Shown here: piece after piece, positions 1 through 9,351 of the stretch
How the letters are laid out: every line of letters begins with the position of its first letter
How positions within the stretch are numbered: position 1 is the stretch's first letter
Program-made: the position numbers and the translations under genes
Notes under the pieces: generated by a model
Databases searched by the model: none
What the model was told of the DNA's origin: nothing
Seen by the model: the letters and a program-made list of their open reading frames with translations, nothing else
Origin: Spirochaetia bacterium
GTDB lineage: Bacteria; Spirochaetota; Spirochaetia; UBA9216
Length of the DNA: 64,000 bases
Assembly: GCA_963677925.2 (NCBI GenBank)
Contig: CAXXYH010000003.1
Location: 1,888,001 to 1,952,000 of the forward strand
Direction of reading: 5' to 3'

Positions 1-663
1 GTAAAGGGTATAGAGTTCAGCGTCTCATACGGAGATAACCGGCTGATTCATATTCTTGGTCTGGGAATTGATCCCGAAAACGATGAATTCATGAAAACTT
101 ATATCCGGTTCAGAACTCTCAGAGAAGAAAGGCTTGAGCATGTTTTTGATGACCTGCACAAAATGGGCCTGGATATAAACCGTAAAGATGCTGAGCCGTT
201 TATCTCAGGCGGGTTTATGGATCGTCATGCAGTTGCTAAATGTATAGTATCCAGAGGCCATGCACAGAGGATATATTACGCCTGGATCAATTATCTTGAT
301 AAGATCCCTTATATACCGGGGGAACTAATATCACCGAAGGATGCATTCTCGGCTATTCATGCTGCGGGTGGAAAGGCTGTGATGGCACATTTTCACCTGC
401 CGATCGGTCTAAAGGGTTATACAGAGGCTGAAGCCCGGCGGCGCCTGAAAGAACTGAAGGATTTTGGTCTGGACGGAATTGAATATCATTATCCATCCTA
501 CTCTGAAGAAGACATGCTTCGTTGCGTAGGTTATATAGAAGAGTTTGATTTTATTAAATCGGGAGGGACTGATTTTCACGGGGAAAACAGACCGGAAATC
601 AAACTGGGCATCGGCAGAGGCGACTTCAAGGTCCCCGAATCAATCCTTGATTTTTTAATGTGA
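1..663 (+). CDS. PHP-domain phosphoesterase (YciV/TrpH-like), 5'-truncated by window edge
   Basis: Frame open from base 1: VKGIEFSVS...IHILG, then AH, DGIEYHY and GGTDFHG PHP metal-binding motifs. Confidence 0.85.
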   Translation, partial: VKGIEFSVSYGDNRLIHILGLGIDPENDEFMKTYIRFRTLREERLEHVFDDLHKMGLDINRKDAEPFISGGFMDRHAVAKCIVSRGHAQRIYYAWINYLDKIPYIPGELISPKDAFSAIHAAGGKAVMAHFHLPIGLKGYTEAEARRRLKELKDFGLDGIEYHYPSYSEEDMLRCVGYIEEFDFIKSGGTDFHGENRPEIKLGIGRGDFKVPESILDFLM

Positions 664-690
664 AATAAATATCCAGCAGTTACTGCTTGA

Positions 691-719
691 TTGACACTGT
701 TAACAACTTTCCCTATTAT
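691..719 (+). promoter_or_regulatory. sigma70-type promoter for the rimB-like/rimK operon
   Basis: TTGACA(691-696)-N17-TATTAT(714-719); implies the ORF-track start at 691 is too far upstream. Confidence 0.65.
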
Positions 720-771
720 TTGCCATCCTGATATTTTTATGCCTTTTACCGGCATTTGGAGAAAACAGGGA

Positions 772-1224
772 TTGAAGAGTGAAGATAAATTGACAGTGGG
801 ATGGCGTGAGTTCGTCAGTCTCCCCGCCCTCGGAATAACAGATATCAAGGCAAAAATCGATACAGGCGCAAGAACATCATGCCTGCATGCCTTTAAAACC
901 GAACATTTTACAAAGGAAGATACACCCTGGCTGCGGTTCTGGATACATCCTGTTCAGCATGATCAGGAACAGGTCGTTGAATGTGAAGCGCCGATCCTGG
1001 ATACCCGCAGAGTGAGGGATTCCGGCGGTCACGAAGAACTCCGGGATGTGATCCGCACAGAATTAAAACTGGCGGATAAAAGCTGGCCAATCGAAATTAC
1101 CATCACAAACAGAGAAAACATGAGATTCAGAATGCTGCTTGGACGCACCGCAATGCATCAAAGAGTTCTTGTCGATCCCGGACTTTCTTTTCTGACATCT
1201 CGCAGAACGGAGGCTGATAGATGA
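772..1224 (+). CDS. Retropepsin-like 'putative ATP-dependent zinc protease' family protein (RimB-like)
   Basis: VGWRE...[15 protein letters not shown] aspartic-protease DTG motif and [12 protein letters not shown]; TTG start at 772 after GGAG; ATGA overlap with rimK. Confidence 0.85.
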   Translation: MKSEDKLTVGWREFVSLPALGITDIKAKIDTGARTSCLHAFKTEHFTKEDTPWLRFWIHPVQHDQEQVVECEAPILDTRRVRDSGGHEELRDVIRTELKLADKSWPIEITITNRENMRFRMLLGRTAMHQRVLVDPGLSFLTSRRTEADR

Positions 1225-2126
1225 AAATAGGAATTCTATCAAGAAATTCAGAATTGTATTCAACAAAAAGGCTGGTGTCAGCTGCAGAGGAACGCGGACA
1301 TGATGTAAAAGTAATTGATGTACTGCGCTGCTATATGAATATAAACTCGGACAAACCGGAGATCCATTTTAAGGGTGAGGAACTGTCCGGCTATAATGCA
1401 ATAATTCCCAGAATAGGTGCATCGGTAACATTCTACGGAACAGCAGTTCTGCGCCAGTTTGAAATGATGGGAGTTTTCCCCGTGAATGAGTCGGTAGCCA
1501 TCAGCCGCTCACGGGATAAACTGCGTTCCATGCAGCTGCTGTCAAGAAAGGGAGTTGGCATGCCCATCACGGGATTTGCCAGCAAACCTGATGATATCAA
1601 GGACCTGCTGCACATGGTAGGCGGGGCTCCGGTAGTCATCAAACTGCTGGAGGGAACTCAGGGGATAGGAGTGGTGCTGGCCGAGACCAGAAAGGCTGCA
1701 GAGAGTGTCATTGAAGCCTTCATGGGCCTTAAGGCAAACATCATGGTCCAGGAGTATATCAAAGAGGCCGGAGGAGCTGACATCCGCTGCTTTGTAATCG
1801 GCGACAAGGTGATAGCAGCCATGAAGCGCCAGGGAGCTGAAGGCGAGTTCCGTTCAAATCTTCACCGCGGTGGTTCCGCATCCTTGATTAAGATAACCCC
1901 TCAGGAGAGGAAAACCGCAGTAGAGGCTGCTAAAATAATGGGTCTCAACGTTGCCGGCGTTGATATCCTCCGTTCACACAGGGGCCCGCTTGTAATGGAA
2001 GTCAATTCATCTCCCGGGCTTGAAGGAATCGAGAAGGCCTCCGGAGAGGATATAGCAGGCATGATTATTAATTTTATTGAAAAAAACGCAGCAATTAAAG
2101 GAACAAAGACCCGTGGCAAAGGATAA
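1221..2126 (+). CDS. rimK: Ribosomal protein S6--L-glutamate ligase / alpha-L-glutamate ligase (ATP-grasp)
   Basis: [51 protein letters not shown]: canonical RimK. Confidence 0.96.
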   Translation: MKIGILSRNSELYSTKRLVSAAEERGHDVKVIDVLRCYMNINSDKPEIHFKGEELSGYNAIIPRIGASVTFYGTAVLRQFEMMGVFPVNESVAISRSRDKLRSMQLLSRKGVGMPITGFASKPDDIKDLLHMVGGAPVVIKLLEGTQGIGVVLAETRKAAESVIEAFMGLKANIMVQEYIKEAGGADIRCFVIGDKVIAAMKRQGAEGEFRSNLHRGGSASLIKITPQERKTAVEAAKIMGLNVAGVDILRSHRGPLVMEVNSSPGLEGIEKASGEDIAGMIINFIEKNAAIKGTKTRGKG

Positions 2127-3174
2127 TAAGGCAGATTCATATTATTTTATGAAGGAGGAGGTTCTGCCCGGAACCCGGAAAGTCATTGACCTTGAAGCGG
2201 CAAGGCTGTACACAAGTACCCCCCTCTCAATTCCGGTTGAAATAATACATGGAAAAAAGAAGGGGCCGGTTCTGATGATTAACGCAGCCATTCACGGAGA
2301 TGAGCTTAACGGAGTTGAAATTGTCCGCCAGATGATAAATATGATCTCACCTGAAAAACTGCAGGGAACATTGATTTGTGTTCCTATTGTGAATGTTCTG
2401 GGATTCACCCAGAAATCTCGATACCTGCCTGATCGAAGGGATTTAAATCACTGCTTCCCCGGAAGTGACACCGGCTCTCTGGCATCGCGGACTGCTGCCA
2501 CGTTCTTTAATGATCTTGCCCTTAAATGCGATTACATAATAGATCTGCATACCGGGGCAATCTACCGGACAAATCTCCCCCACATCAGGGTGAACCTGTC
2601 CAACAAAAAAGCGCTTGAACTTGCTCAAATATTTGCAACCCCGGTAATACTCGATTCAGAGCCCCGGCACGCCTCCCTGAGAGGAGAAGCTGAAAAGGCC
2701 GGAATTACAGTAATTACCTATGAAGGCGGAGAAGCACTGAAGTTCGACCCGATTGCCATTAATGCCGGAATCACAGGAATAAAAAGAGTAATGTACCACC
2801 TTAAAATGCTTTCGCGCTCAGCCAGGAAGCCCCCTGCCTCCTACATCGCCAAATCTACAACATGGCTGCGGGCAAGCCATGACGGCATCATGCGCACCAT
2901 TGTGTCTCTCGGGGACAAAGTAAAGAAGGGGCAGACCCTTGCTTATATAAATGCGCCGCTGGGTCATTTTGAAGTGGAGATAAAGGCCGAAAAGGACGGT
3001 ATTGTAATAGGCCAGCAGACTCTTCCGCTGGTAAATGAGGGCGATGCGGTATTCCATATCGCGCATCTGGATGGAAAGCAGGATTCGATCGAACAGATAG
3101 TAGAAGAATTTATTGATAATGTAAATGAGAATCAGATCGACCCGCTTACAACCGGTTACATAACTCCTGTTTGA
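2113..3174 (+). CDS. Succinylglutamate desuccinylase/aspartoacylase family (M14) peptidase
   Basis: [32 protein letters not shown] and C-terminal barrel-sandwich-like domain; start uncertain (2077, 2113 or 2149). Confidence 0.9.
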   Translation: MAKDNKADSYYFMKEEVLPGTRKVIDLEAARLYTSTPLSIPVEIIHGKKKGPVLMINAAIHGDELNGVEIVRQMINMISPEKLQGTLICVPIVNVLGFTQKSRYLPDRRDLNHCFPGSDTGSLASRTAATFFNDLALKCDYIIDLHTGAIYRTNLPHIRVNLSNKKALELAQIFATPVILDSEPRHASLRGEAEKAGITVITYEGGEALKFDPIAINAGITGIKRVMYHLKMLSRSARKPPASYIAKSTTWLRASHDGIMRTIVSLGDKVKKGQTLAYINAPLGHFEVEIKAEKDGIVIGQQTLPLVNEGDAVFHIAHLDGKQDSIEQIVEEFIDNVNENQIDPLTTGYITPV

Positions 3175-3206
3175 TGTGATTTCAGGTAATCCGCGGCCTT
3201 TCTTAT

Positions 3207-4493
3207 CTAAAAACCAATTGATGAATACAGCGACATATAAAATCCCGGGGCATTAAAAAATGTGCTGAACTTCGGGCTGACAGTTCCCATATCAAAGCCG
3301 AACTCAATCATCCTGAGGTCAAGTTTCAAACCGAAATCTCCCCGCCACAGCGCATCCTGATAACCTATATTCCCATAGATCAGAGGGAATGCAGGGAATA
3401 TTGCGCCTATATTAAAGTCAGGCAGAAGCTCCTCGTTGTCGTAACTTAAACCTGCCGAGGTAATGATATCTGCCACACCGAAAACATCGAAACGGTAAAA
3501 CCCTCCAAGTCTTAGGGGCAGATATACCGTATAAGCGGCACTGTCTGAAGAAGTGAATTCGGGGTCGCTGAAATCGGAAGAAAACATTTCACTGCCGTTC
3601 AACGATGCGAGCGCATTAACCGCAGCGGAGGCATCAACTGTGATACTCGTGGAATAGTTAAGAGTTGCAGGAATAAGGGTGATTCCGGTGAGCCCGACGC
3701 CCCAAAGCGGCTTATCATCTTTGAGCCATGTAAACCCAAGATCCAGATTATATCCTGCAACGTCTCTAAATAGCGAAATTACGGTATCACCTGTGAAATC
3801 AGGAAGGTTATTGTAGTCGCAGGGAGAATAGGCCGAAAAACTGCCGTTTAATACTGCCTCAAGAGCAGCCTCCGCATCAGCACTAAGGCTGTACATATAG
3901 CTGGAATCGGGGTCGGTGTATAAAACCGGTATATACGGTCCTGTTTTCACGCCAGCAATCCACTTCTCAGCCTTGTAGCCGAGATATATGCCCGATTTTG
4001 CAAAAACCCGCCCGTAAACCGAGGCCTCACCGGTATATGAGACCAGCTCGGTTTCATCACTTTCAAAATCAATTCCGTTGGCAAATACATCAACTATACC
4101 ATAGGGAAGCTCAGGGCTTACAGCGGCATCAAGATTAAAATATCCGCCCAGACTTATATTACGAATCGAAATAGTCGAATGAAACTCTGCGGACCCGAGC
4201 ATAAAGACCTTCAGAGGATCTCCTTCCAGATCTACGGACATCTGATCCAAATCAAGCAGGCTCCCGCTTAATAGCATTCCAGGCAGATTGAAATAGCTGC
4301 TGCCGGCGGTCAGGCTGTTCGAAGAACCTGACTCAAAATACTCCCGCGCCATCCGGCCGTAATCTACGGAAAGAAAAACAGGATTTTCACTGTGATCATA
4401 TGTTGAGAACGGGTAGGAAAAAGCCGGTGCAGCCGGGCATATCAAAATAATCAGTAAAACTGCTGCTTTCTGTAACATCCTTCGGATTCTCAA
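3207..4493 (-). CDS. Exported protein, probable outer-membrane beta-barrel
   Basis: Signal peptide (PAAPAFS), alternating aromatic beta-strand pattern, C-terminal Phe (SSIGF). Confidence 0.6.
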   Translation of the reverse strand: MRIRRMLQKAAVLLIILICPAAPAFSYPFSTYDHSENPVFLSVDYGRMAREYFESGSSNSLTAGSSYFNLPGMLLSGSLLDLDQMSVDLEGDPLKVFMLGSAEFHSTISIRNISLGGYFNLDAAVSPELPYGIVDVFANGIDFESDETELVSYTGEASVYGRVFAKSGIYLGYKAEKWIAGVKTGPYIPVLYTDPDSSYMYSLSADAEAALEAVLNGSFSAYSPCDYNNLPDFTGDTVISLFRDVAGYNLDLGFTWLKDDKPLWGVGLTGITLIPATLNYSTSITVDASAAVNALASLNGSEMFSSDFSDPEFTSSDSAAYTVYLPLRLGGFYRFDVFGVADIITSAGLSYDNEELLPDFNIGAIFPAFPLIYGNIGYQDALWRGDFGLKLDLRMIEFGFDMGTVSPKFSTFFNAPGFYMSLYSSIGF

Positions 4494-4552
4494 TCTGTGC
4501 CTCCAAGCCCATATTCATAGTCTACCCCACTCTAACACAGATTACAGAAATC

Positions 4553-5311
4553 TTATAACTTAAATACAAGACCGAGCGACATCCGGTATCGATGAGTATC
4601 TATCAGGTATAGATCTCCGGCACTCAGGCTGTCTTCACTGGTACTCCAGAAAATGGTTGAATATTCTCCGGATAGTTCAATCTTTATCAGATCACTGAGA
4701 TGATACATGACATTCAGGTATGGACCGTGTTCGTATACAAGAGTATCACCGAAATTCAGCGGAAAATACAATCCATAGCCTACTGAAGCATTTAAAACCG
4801 GCTGTCTGTCGATGATGAGAAACCAGGTAATATCGGGCTTAAAAAGGATTTTCTGCTGCTGATTGAAAAAATTATATGTGTAACGTGTCCTCAGAGTCAG
4901 AACATAGTTTCTACCCGGCAGAAAAGGCATTAGAAAACGGGGGCTGATATCGGCAGTCAGCAGATGCTCCCACCGGTCTGAGGTATCAGCCCATCCCCAG
5001 TCGCCGTCTCCCAGCGAAATCCAGTCATCATCATACCTTGCTCCGGCCTGAAACCTGTAAAACAGACCAAGTTTAATATTCTGATGAAGTCTGTAGTAAG
5101 CTCCAAGCGTCAGTGATTTGAAAAAATCCGAGCCCTGTGTATAGACCTGAAGTTCTCCAAGAATGTTAAAATCACCGATATCATAAACAAGGGCAGCCCG
5201 TCCTCCATATTCAAAGGTAATATCTTCCGCTTCAGGCTCATGATGAGATGCCGATGCCGGCAGAACGCTCAGTATTAAGAATATCAGAACTGTGAGAACA
5301 CTCACTTTCAT
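4553..5311 (-). CDS. Exported protein, probable small beta-barrel (DUF2490-like)
   Basis: Signal peptide (LPASA), Tyr/Phe/Trp-rich amphipathic strands, terminal strand HRYRMSLGLVFKL. Confidence 0.55.
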   Translation of the reverse strand: MKVSVLTVLIFLILSVLPASASHHEPEAEDITFEYGGRAALVYDIGDFNILGELQVYTQGSDFFKSLTLGAYYRLHQNIKLGLFYRFQAGARYDDDWISLGDGDWGWADTSDRWEHLLTADISPRFLMPFLPGRNYVLTLRTRYTYNFFNQQQKILFKPDITWFLIIDRQPVLNASVGYGLYFPLNFGDTLVYEHGPYLNVMYHLSDLIKIELSGEYSTIFWSTSEDSLSAGDLYLIDTHRYRMSLGLVFKL

Positions 5312-5326
5312 TATCCATGCCCTCCA

Positions 5327-5998
5327 TCAGAAATAATCCTGATTGAGCAAATCAGTATATGCTCCGTCAAGACTTGTTGAATCGGACACCGGGCCCTCTG
5401 AAGGATCTGTATTCCAGTTAAGCTCATCAGTCCAGGAGTAATATTTAGGTTCAGACAGCCGTGTACCGCCAAAGATGCTTATCCCCTCACCTTCGGCAAC
5501 AAGAACAGAATCCCCTGTTTCCGGTATTTTAACTTCAACTCTGCCTTCATTTACGCAGAGCCAGATATCAGGAGCCTCTTCGACTGTACGGCCGTAGGCC
5601 ATAAAGAATTCTGTTCCTCTTACTCCGGCCACTGCAGATGGTGTTTTTACAGAATATGCTCTTCCGGCAAGCCTGTTTACTTTTGAAAAAAGTGCCCCCT
5701 CTACAAGCGAGATTCTTGTTTCAGCAGGTCTGTCCTCAAAGATAATTACTGTATTTTCCTTTAATTTTAGGCGGGACCCGCTCGCCATTTCTATAACGGC
5801 AGTGGAGGCAGTCCCGGTTTCTATCTGATCACCATTTTCAATCGCTAACCCGAAGTCGGCAAAAATCTCTTCCGTTCCCCTGCTGATGAAAACATCCCCG
5901 TCATAATATGCAATTATACTGTCCGCGATAAGCGGGCTGACTGAAACAATCACGGTTAAAAGTAGTAGACTTGAAATACTTGCAATACTTTTAAACAT
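5327..5998 (-). CDS. Secreted FecR-domain protein
   Basis: Signal peptide; GDQIETG...GSRLKLKENT and VKTPSAVAGVRGTEF FecR motifs. Confidence 0.85.
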   Translation of the reverse strand: MFKSIASISSLLLLTVIVSVSPLIADSIIAYYDGDVFISRGTEEIFADFGLAIENGDQIETGTASTAVIEMASGSRLKLKENTVIIFEDRPAETRISLVEGALFSKVNRLAGRAYSVKTPSAVAGVRGTEFFMAYGRTVEEAPDIWLCVNEGRVEVKIPETGDSVLVAEGEGISIFGGTRLSEPKYYSWTDELNWNTDPSEGPVSDSTSLDGAYTDLLNQDYF

Positions 5999-6070
5999 TA
6001 TTATCTCCTGTAGATTATAATATGTTATTGCTTAGTATTTTAGTCAACATTAATCATTCTCAAGCACCAG

Positions 6071-6110
6071 TTGACAGAACAATTTTAACAATATATATTT
6101 TTATCGATAT
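6071..6110 (+). promoter_or_regulatory. sigma70-type promoter plus 17-nt element shared with the 11684 promoter
   Basis: TTGACA(6071)-N17-TATATTTTTATCGATAT(6094-6110). Confidence 0.75.
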
Positions 6111-6145
6111 TTTATTACTCAATCAAGTCTGAATCAGGAGAGGCA

Positions 6146-7918
6146 ATGAACAGTACTTATCCGGTATTCACTATCAAGAGCGAATGCATGGACTGCTACA
6201 AATGCGTCAGGGGATGCCCGGTTAAGGCTATAAAAATATCCGACAGCCATGCATCGGTCATAGCAGAAAAATGTATTGCCTGCGGTGAATGCATTTCGAT
6301 CTGTCCGCAGAACGCGAAAAAAGTAAGAAATGATATAGGTCCTGTTGAAGCGCTGATCAGCTCAGAAAGCAAAGTCTGCGTTTCCATTGCACCCAGCTGG
6401 AAGGCAAGCTTCAGCTGCAGTTTTTCCCAGCTTGCAGCCGGTCTGAGACGAATTGGATTCGATATAATAGAAGAAACCGCACTTGGAGCACAGGAAGTTT
6501 CAGCACATGCAAAGGCAATACTGCGCAGCAGAAAACAGTCTTTATGGATTTCAAGTGCATGTCCGGTAATAGTTGATTATATATGCAAATACATGCCCGA
6601 TTTCGCAAAGAATATTCTCCCGCTTTTATCTCCTGCCGCGGTGCACGGCAAAATGCTTAAAAAAAAGCACGGAAAAGATACCGCTGTGGTTTTCATTGGA
6701 CCCTGTGCCGGGAAAAAAAATGAAGCCGATCAGTTTCCGGATTTAATAGATGCAGCACTCGGTTTTGGAGAACTTTCGGAAATGCTTTCACGCAGAGGGA
6801 TTCTCCCGGAGAAAGAAAATGCTCACCCTTCAGGTGCTGAGCTTAATGAAGTTTACGAAGGAGCATTATACCCTGTTGAGGGCGGTATGAATCAGACTCT
6901 GCGGCTTTCGGGAAATATTAATGATGTTCAGCTTATTTCAATCAGTACAGTCGGAATGCTTCAGAAACAGCTTAAAAATCTGAATCAAAAGAAACTTACC
7001 GGTACAGTTTTTATTGAAGCTCTGGCATGCAGCGGAGGCTGTATGAACGGACCTCTGCAGTGCGGAAAGGAAGCAGGTGTCAACTCGGTATGCAATACAC
7101 TTAATGCAGTGCGCTACAGGGACCAGATTAATGGAAAACTTGATTCGGATATCAGCAGGGTATACAGACCTGAAATAGTTATAAAGGCAACCCCGTCCCC
7201 GGAACAGATACGAAAGACAATGACCCAGATTGGAAAAAGCTCTGTAGAGGATGAGCTGAACTGCGGAGGCTGCGGCTACGGCTCATGCAGGGAACTTGCT
7301 GTTGCACTGATAAATAAAACAGCAGAGCCTTCGATGTGCATTTCCTATATGCGCAAAATTGCAGCACGAAAAGCCGGTGCTGTATTCAACTGCATGCCGT
7401 CGGGAATACTGATGGTAAACCGCGAACTGAGGATCCTGGAAACCAACAGATCATTTATCCGGATGTTCGCACCTGAATTTATTGATGTTTACGAGAATGA
7501 CAGTGACTGTCTCAACGGCGCACTGCTGCATAAGGTTCTACCCTGTGCGGAATTGTTTGAATCTGTACTTGAAACTGATATTGATATGCATAAAGAGCAC
7601 TACCCGCTCAACAGCAGCCTCTATGAAATCAGTATATTCACTATAGAACCCCATCAGATAGCAGGTGCGGTTATTGCAGATGTTACAAAATATGAAATGC
7701 GCAGAGAGCAGATAGCAAAAAATGCACAGGCTGTAATAGCTAAAAATATGGAAATAGTACAGAACATAGCCTGCAGCCTCGGTGAACATATGGTGGAAAC
7801 AGAGATGCTGCTCTCTTCAATTGCGGAAGGCTTTGAGCCTGAAAAAAATCCTGATAATGAAAAGAACAGAAGCCGGCCGATGGATTTCCTCAATGGATTG
7901 GGGGCTTTATATGAATAA
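6146..7918 (+). CDS. Sensory [FeFe]-hydrogenase (HydS/HfsB-like, group C) with 2x[4Fe-4S], H-cluster domain, FeS and PAS-like domains
   Basis: CMDCYKCVRGCP and CIACGECISICP; H-cluster motifs ISSACP (Ala at the catalytic Cys position), GPCAGKKNE, EALACSGGCMNG; CGGCGYGSC; C-terminal PAS-like region. Confidence 0.88.
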   Translation: MNSTYPVFTIKSECMDCYKCVRGCPVKAIKISDSHASVIAEKCIACGECISICPQNAKKVRNDIGPVEALISSESKVCVSIAPSWKASFSCSFSQLAAGLRRIGFDIIEETALGAQEVSAHAKAILRSRKQSLWISSACPVIVDYICKYMPDFAKNILPLLSPAAVHGKMLKKKHGKDTAVVFIGPCAGKKNEADQFPDLIDAALGFGELSEMLSRRGILPEKENAHPSGAELNEVYEGALYPVEGGMNQTLRLSGNINDVQLISISTVGMLQKQLKNLNQKKLTGTVFIEALACSGGCMNGPLQCGKEAGVNSVCNTLNAVRYRDQINGKLDSDISRVYRPEIVIKATPSPEQIRKTMTQIGKSSVEDELNCGGCGYGSCRELAVALINKTAEPSMCISYMRKIAARKAGAVFNCMPSGILMVNRELRILETNRSFIRMFAPEFIDVYENDSDCLNGALLHKVLPCAELFESVLETDIDMHKEHYPLNSSLYEISIFTIEPHQIAGAVIADVTKYEMRREQIAKNAQAVIAKNMEIVQNIACSLGEHMVETEMLLSSIAEGFEPEKNPDNEKNRSRPMDFLNGLGALYE

Positions 7919-9080
7919 CCAGGTGTTTATTGATGTCTCATGTTCCCAAAAGCAGAAAACAAACCAGAATACATGCGGTGACGTCTTTCTGTCAAAGCGC
8001 TACCCAGGAGAGCGCAGGGTAATTACTGTTCTTTCCGACGGACTTGGCAGCGGTATAAAGGCTCATATACTCGGGCAGATGACCGCGACAATGCTTCTCC
8101 GCTACGCCGAAAACGGCAGAAATATTGAAAAAGCCGCGGAAGTTGTTATGAACTCACTGCCAGAATGCCGGATAAGAAAGATCAGTTACTCCACCTTCAC
8201 AGTTGCAGACTGCCGTGAGAACGGAAAAGTTGAAATTCTTGAAGAAGGCAATCCGGGGTTTCTTTGGCTCAGGCAGGGCAGGAACCTTGAAGCCGAATAC
8301 GAAATAATAGCATCCAGTCAGTTCCGTGAAAGAAAAATGAAAAGATACAGACTGAATATGGAACCTGATGACCGGCTTGTTTTCTGTTCTGACGGAGTAA
8401 CCCAGGCTGGAATGGGCAGTGCAGGCCTTTCCAGCGGCTGGAAACGAACAGGCCTGCTTGAGCACACATTATCACTGCTGGAACGGGAACCGCGGATATC
8501 GAGCCGTGAGCTTGCCGGTAGAATTACATCTGAAGCCGTAACAAAAAGCGGGGATGGAATCATCAGAGATGACACATCTGCCGCTGTTATACACATAAGA
8601 ACTTCAAATCAGCTGCTTATATTCACCGGGCCCCCTTATCACAGGGAACGGGATAATGAACATGCAGAATTTTTCAAAAATTTCAAAGGGCAGAAAGCCG
8701 TCTGCGGCGGAACAACCGCCAATATTACAGCCAGAGAACTTGGGCTGGAGATTGAAACAGACATTCCTGAAGGAGATCTTCCGGGCATTTCACACATGCC
8801 CGGAACCGATCTTGTAACCGAGGGAATTCTCACCCTGACCAGGCTTCTTGATTATCTGGAAAACCCTCCAGGCTCAAGAATCGCAGACGCAGCAGTAAAG
8901 CTTATGCAGCTCATACTGAGCAATGACAGCATAATGTTTATGGTAGGCTCGAATATGAATATTGCATATTATGATCCTGAATGGCCTATGGAACTTGAGT
9001 TAAGAAAAAATTTAATCAGGCGCATTGCCGGAATACTTGAAGACAAATACATGAAGAAAACTGAGATAAAATTCATCTGA
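7911..9080 (+). CDS. SpoIIE/PP2C-family Ser/Thr phosphatase (HfsC-like)
   Basis: CGDVF, VLSDGLGSGIKA, FCSDGVTQAG, DDTS, plus TGPP/CGGTTA/VTEGILTL C-terminal domain; ATG overlaps the upstream stop. Confidence 0.9.
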   Translation: MNNQVFIDVSCSQKQKTNQNTCGDVFLSKRYPGERRVITVLSDGLGSGIKAHILGQMTATMLLRYAENGRNIEKAAEVVMNSLPECRIRKISYSTFTVADCRENGKVEILEEGNPGFLWLRQGRNLEAEYEIIASSQFRERKMKRYRLNMEPDDRLVFCSDGVTQAGMGSAGLSSGWKRTGLLEHTLSLLEREPRISSRELAGRITSEAVTKSGDGIIRDDTSAAVIHIRTSNQLLIFTGPPYHRERDNEHAEFFKNFKGQKAVCGGTTANITARELGLEIETDIPEGDLPGISHMPGTDLVTEGILTLTRLLDYLENPPGSRIADAAVKLMQLILSNDSIMFMVGSNMNIAYYDPEWPMELELRKNLIRRIAGILEDKYMKKTEIKFI

Positions 9081-9091
9081 ATGGAGAGAGT

Positions 9092-9346
9092 ATGAAAAAA
9101 ATAGATGTGGAAATCTGCTTTGGAACAGCCTGCTTTGTCATGGGAGGCGCTCAGCTGCAGGATCTTGAGGCAGAACTGGATTCTGAATTAAAAGAAATGG
9201 TGAATATAATCCCGCAGAACTGCATGGATCTCTGCGGTAACGATATGTACAGGAAGGCGCCCTTCGCAAGAATTGACGGAGAGGTTGTAGACGGAGCCAC
9301 AATCGACAAGATATTGATGAAGATTAAGCAGGCGGCTGCTTTATAA
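9092..9346 (+). CDS. Thioredoxin-like [2Fe-2S] ferredoxin (NuoE-like, HfsA-like)
   Basis: ICFGTACFVMG...CMDLC...APF. Confidence 0.85.
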   Translation: MKKIDVEICFGTACFVMGGAQLQDLEAELDSELKEMVNIIPQNCMDLCGNDMYRKAPFARIDGEVVDGATIDKILMKIKQAAAL

Positions 9347-9351
9347 TTACT

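Noticed and set aside
6074-6091. Possible Rex box upstream of the sensory hydrogenase
   Set aside because: Only a TTAACAA half-site; the left arm does not match
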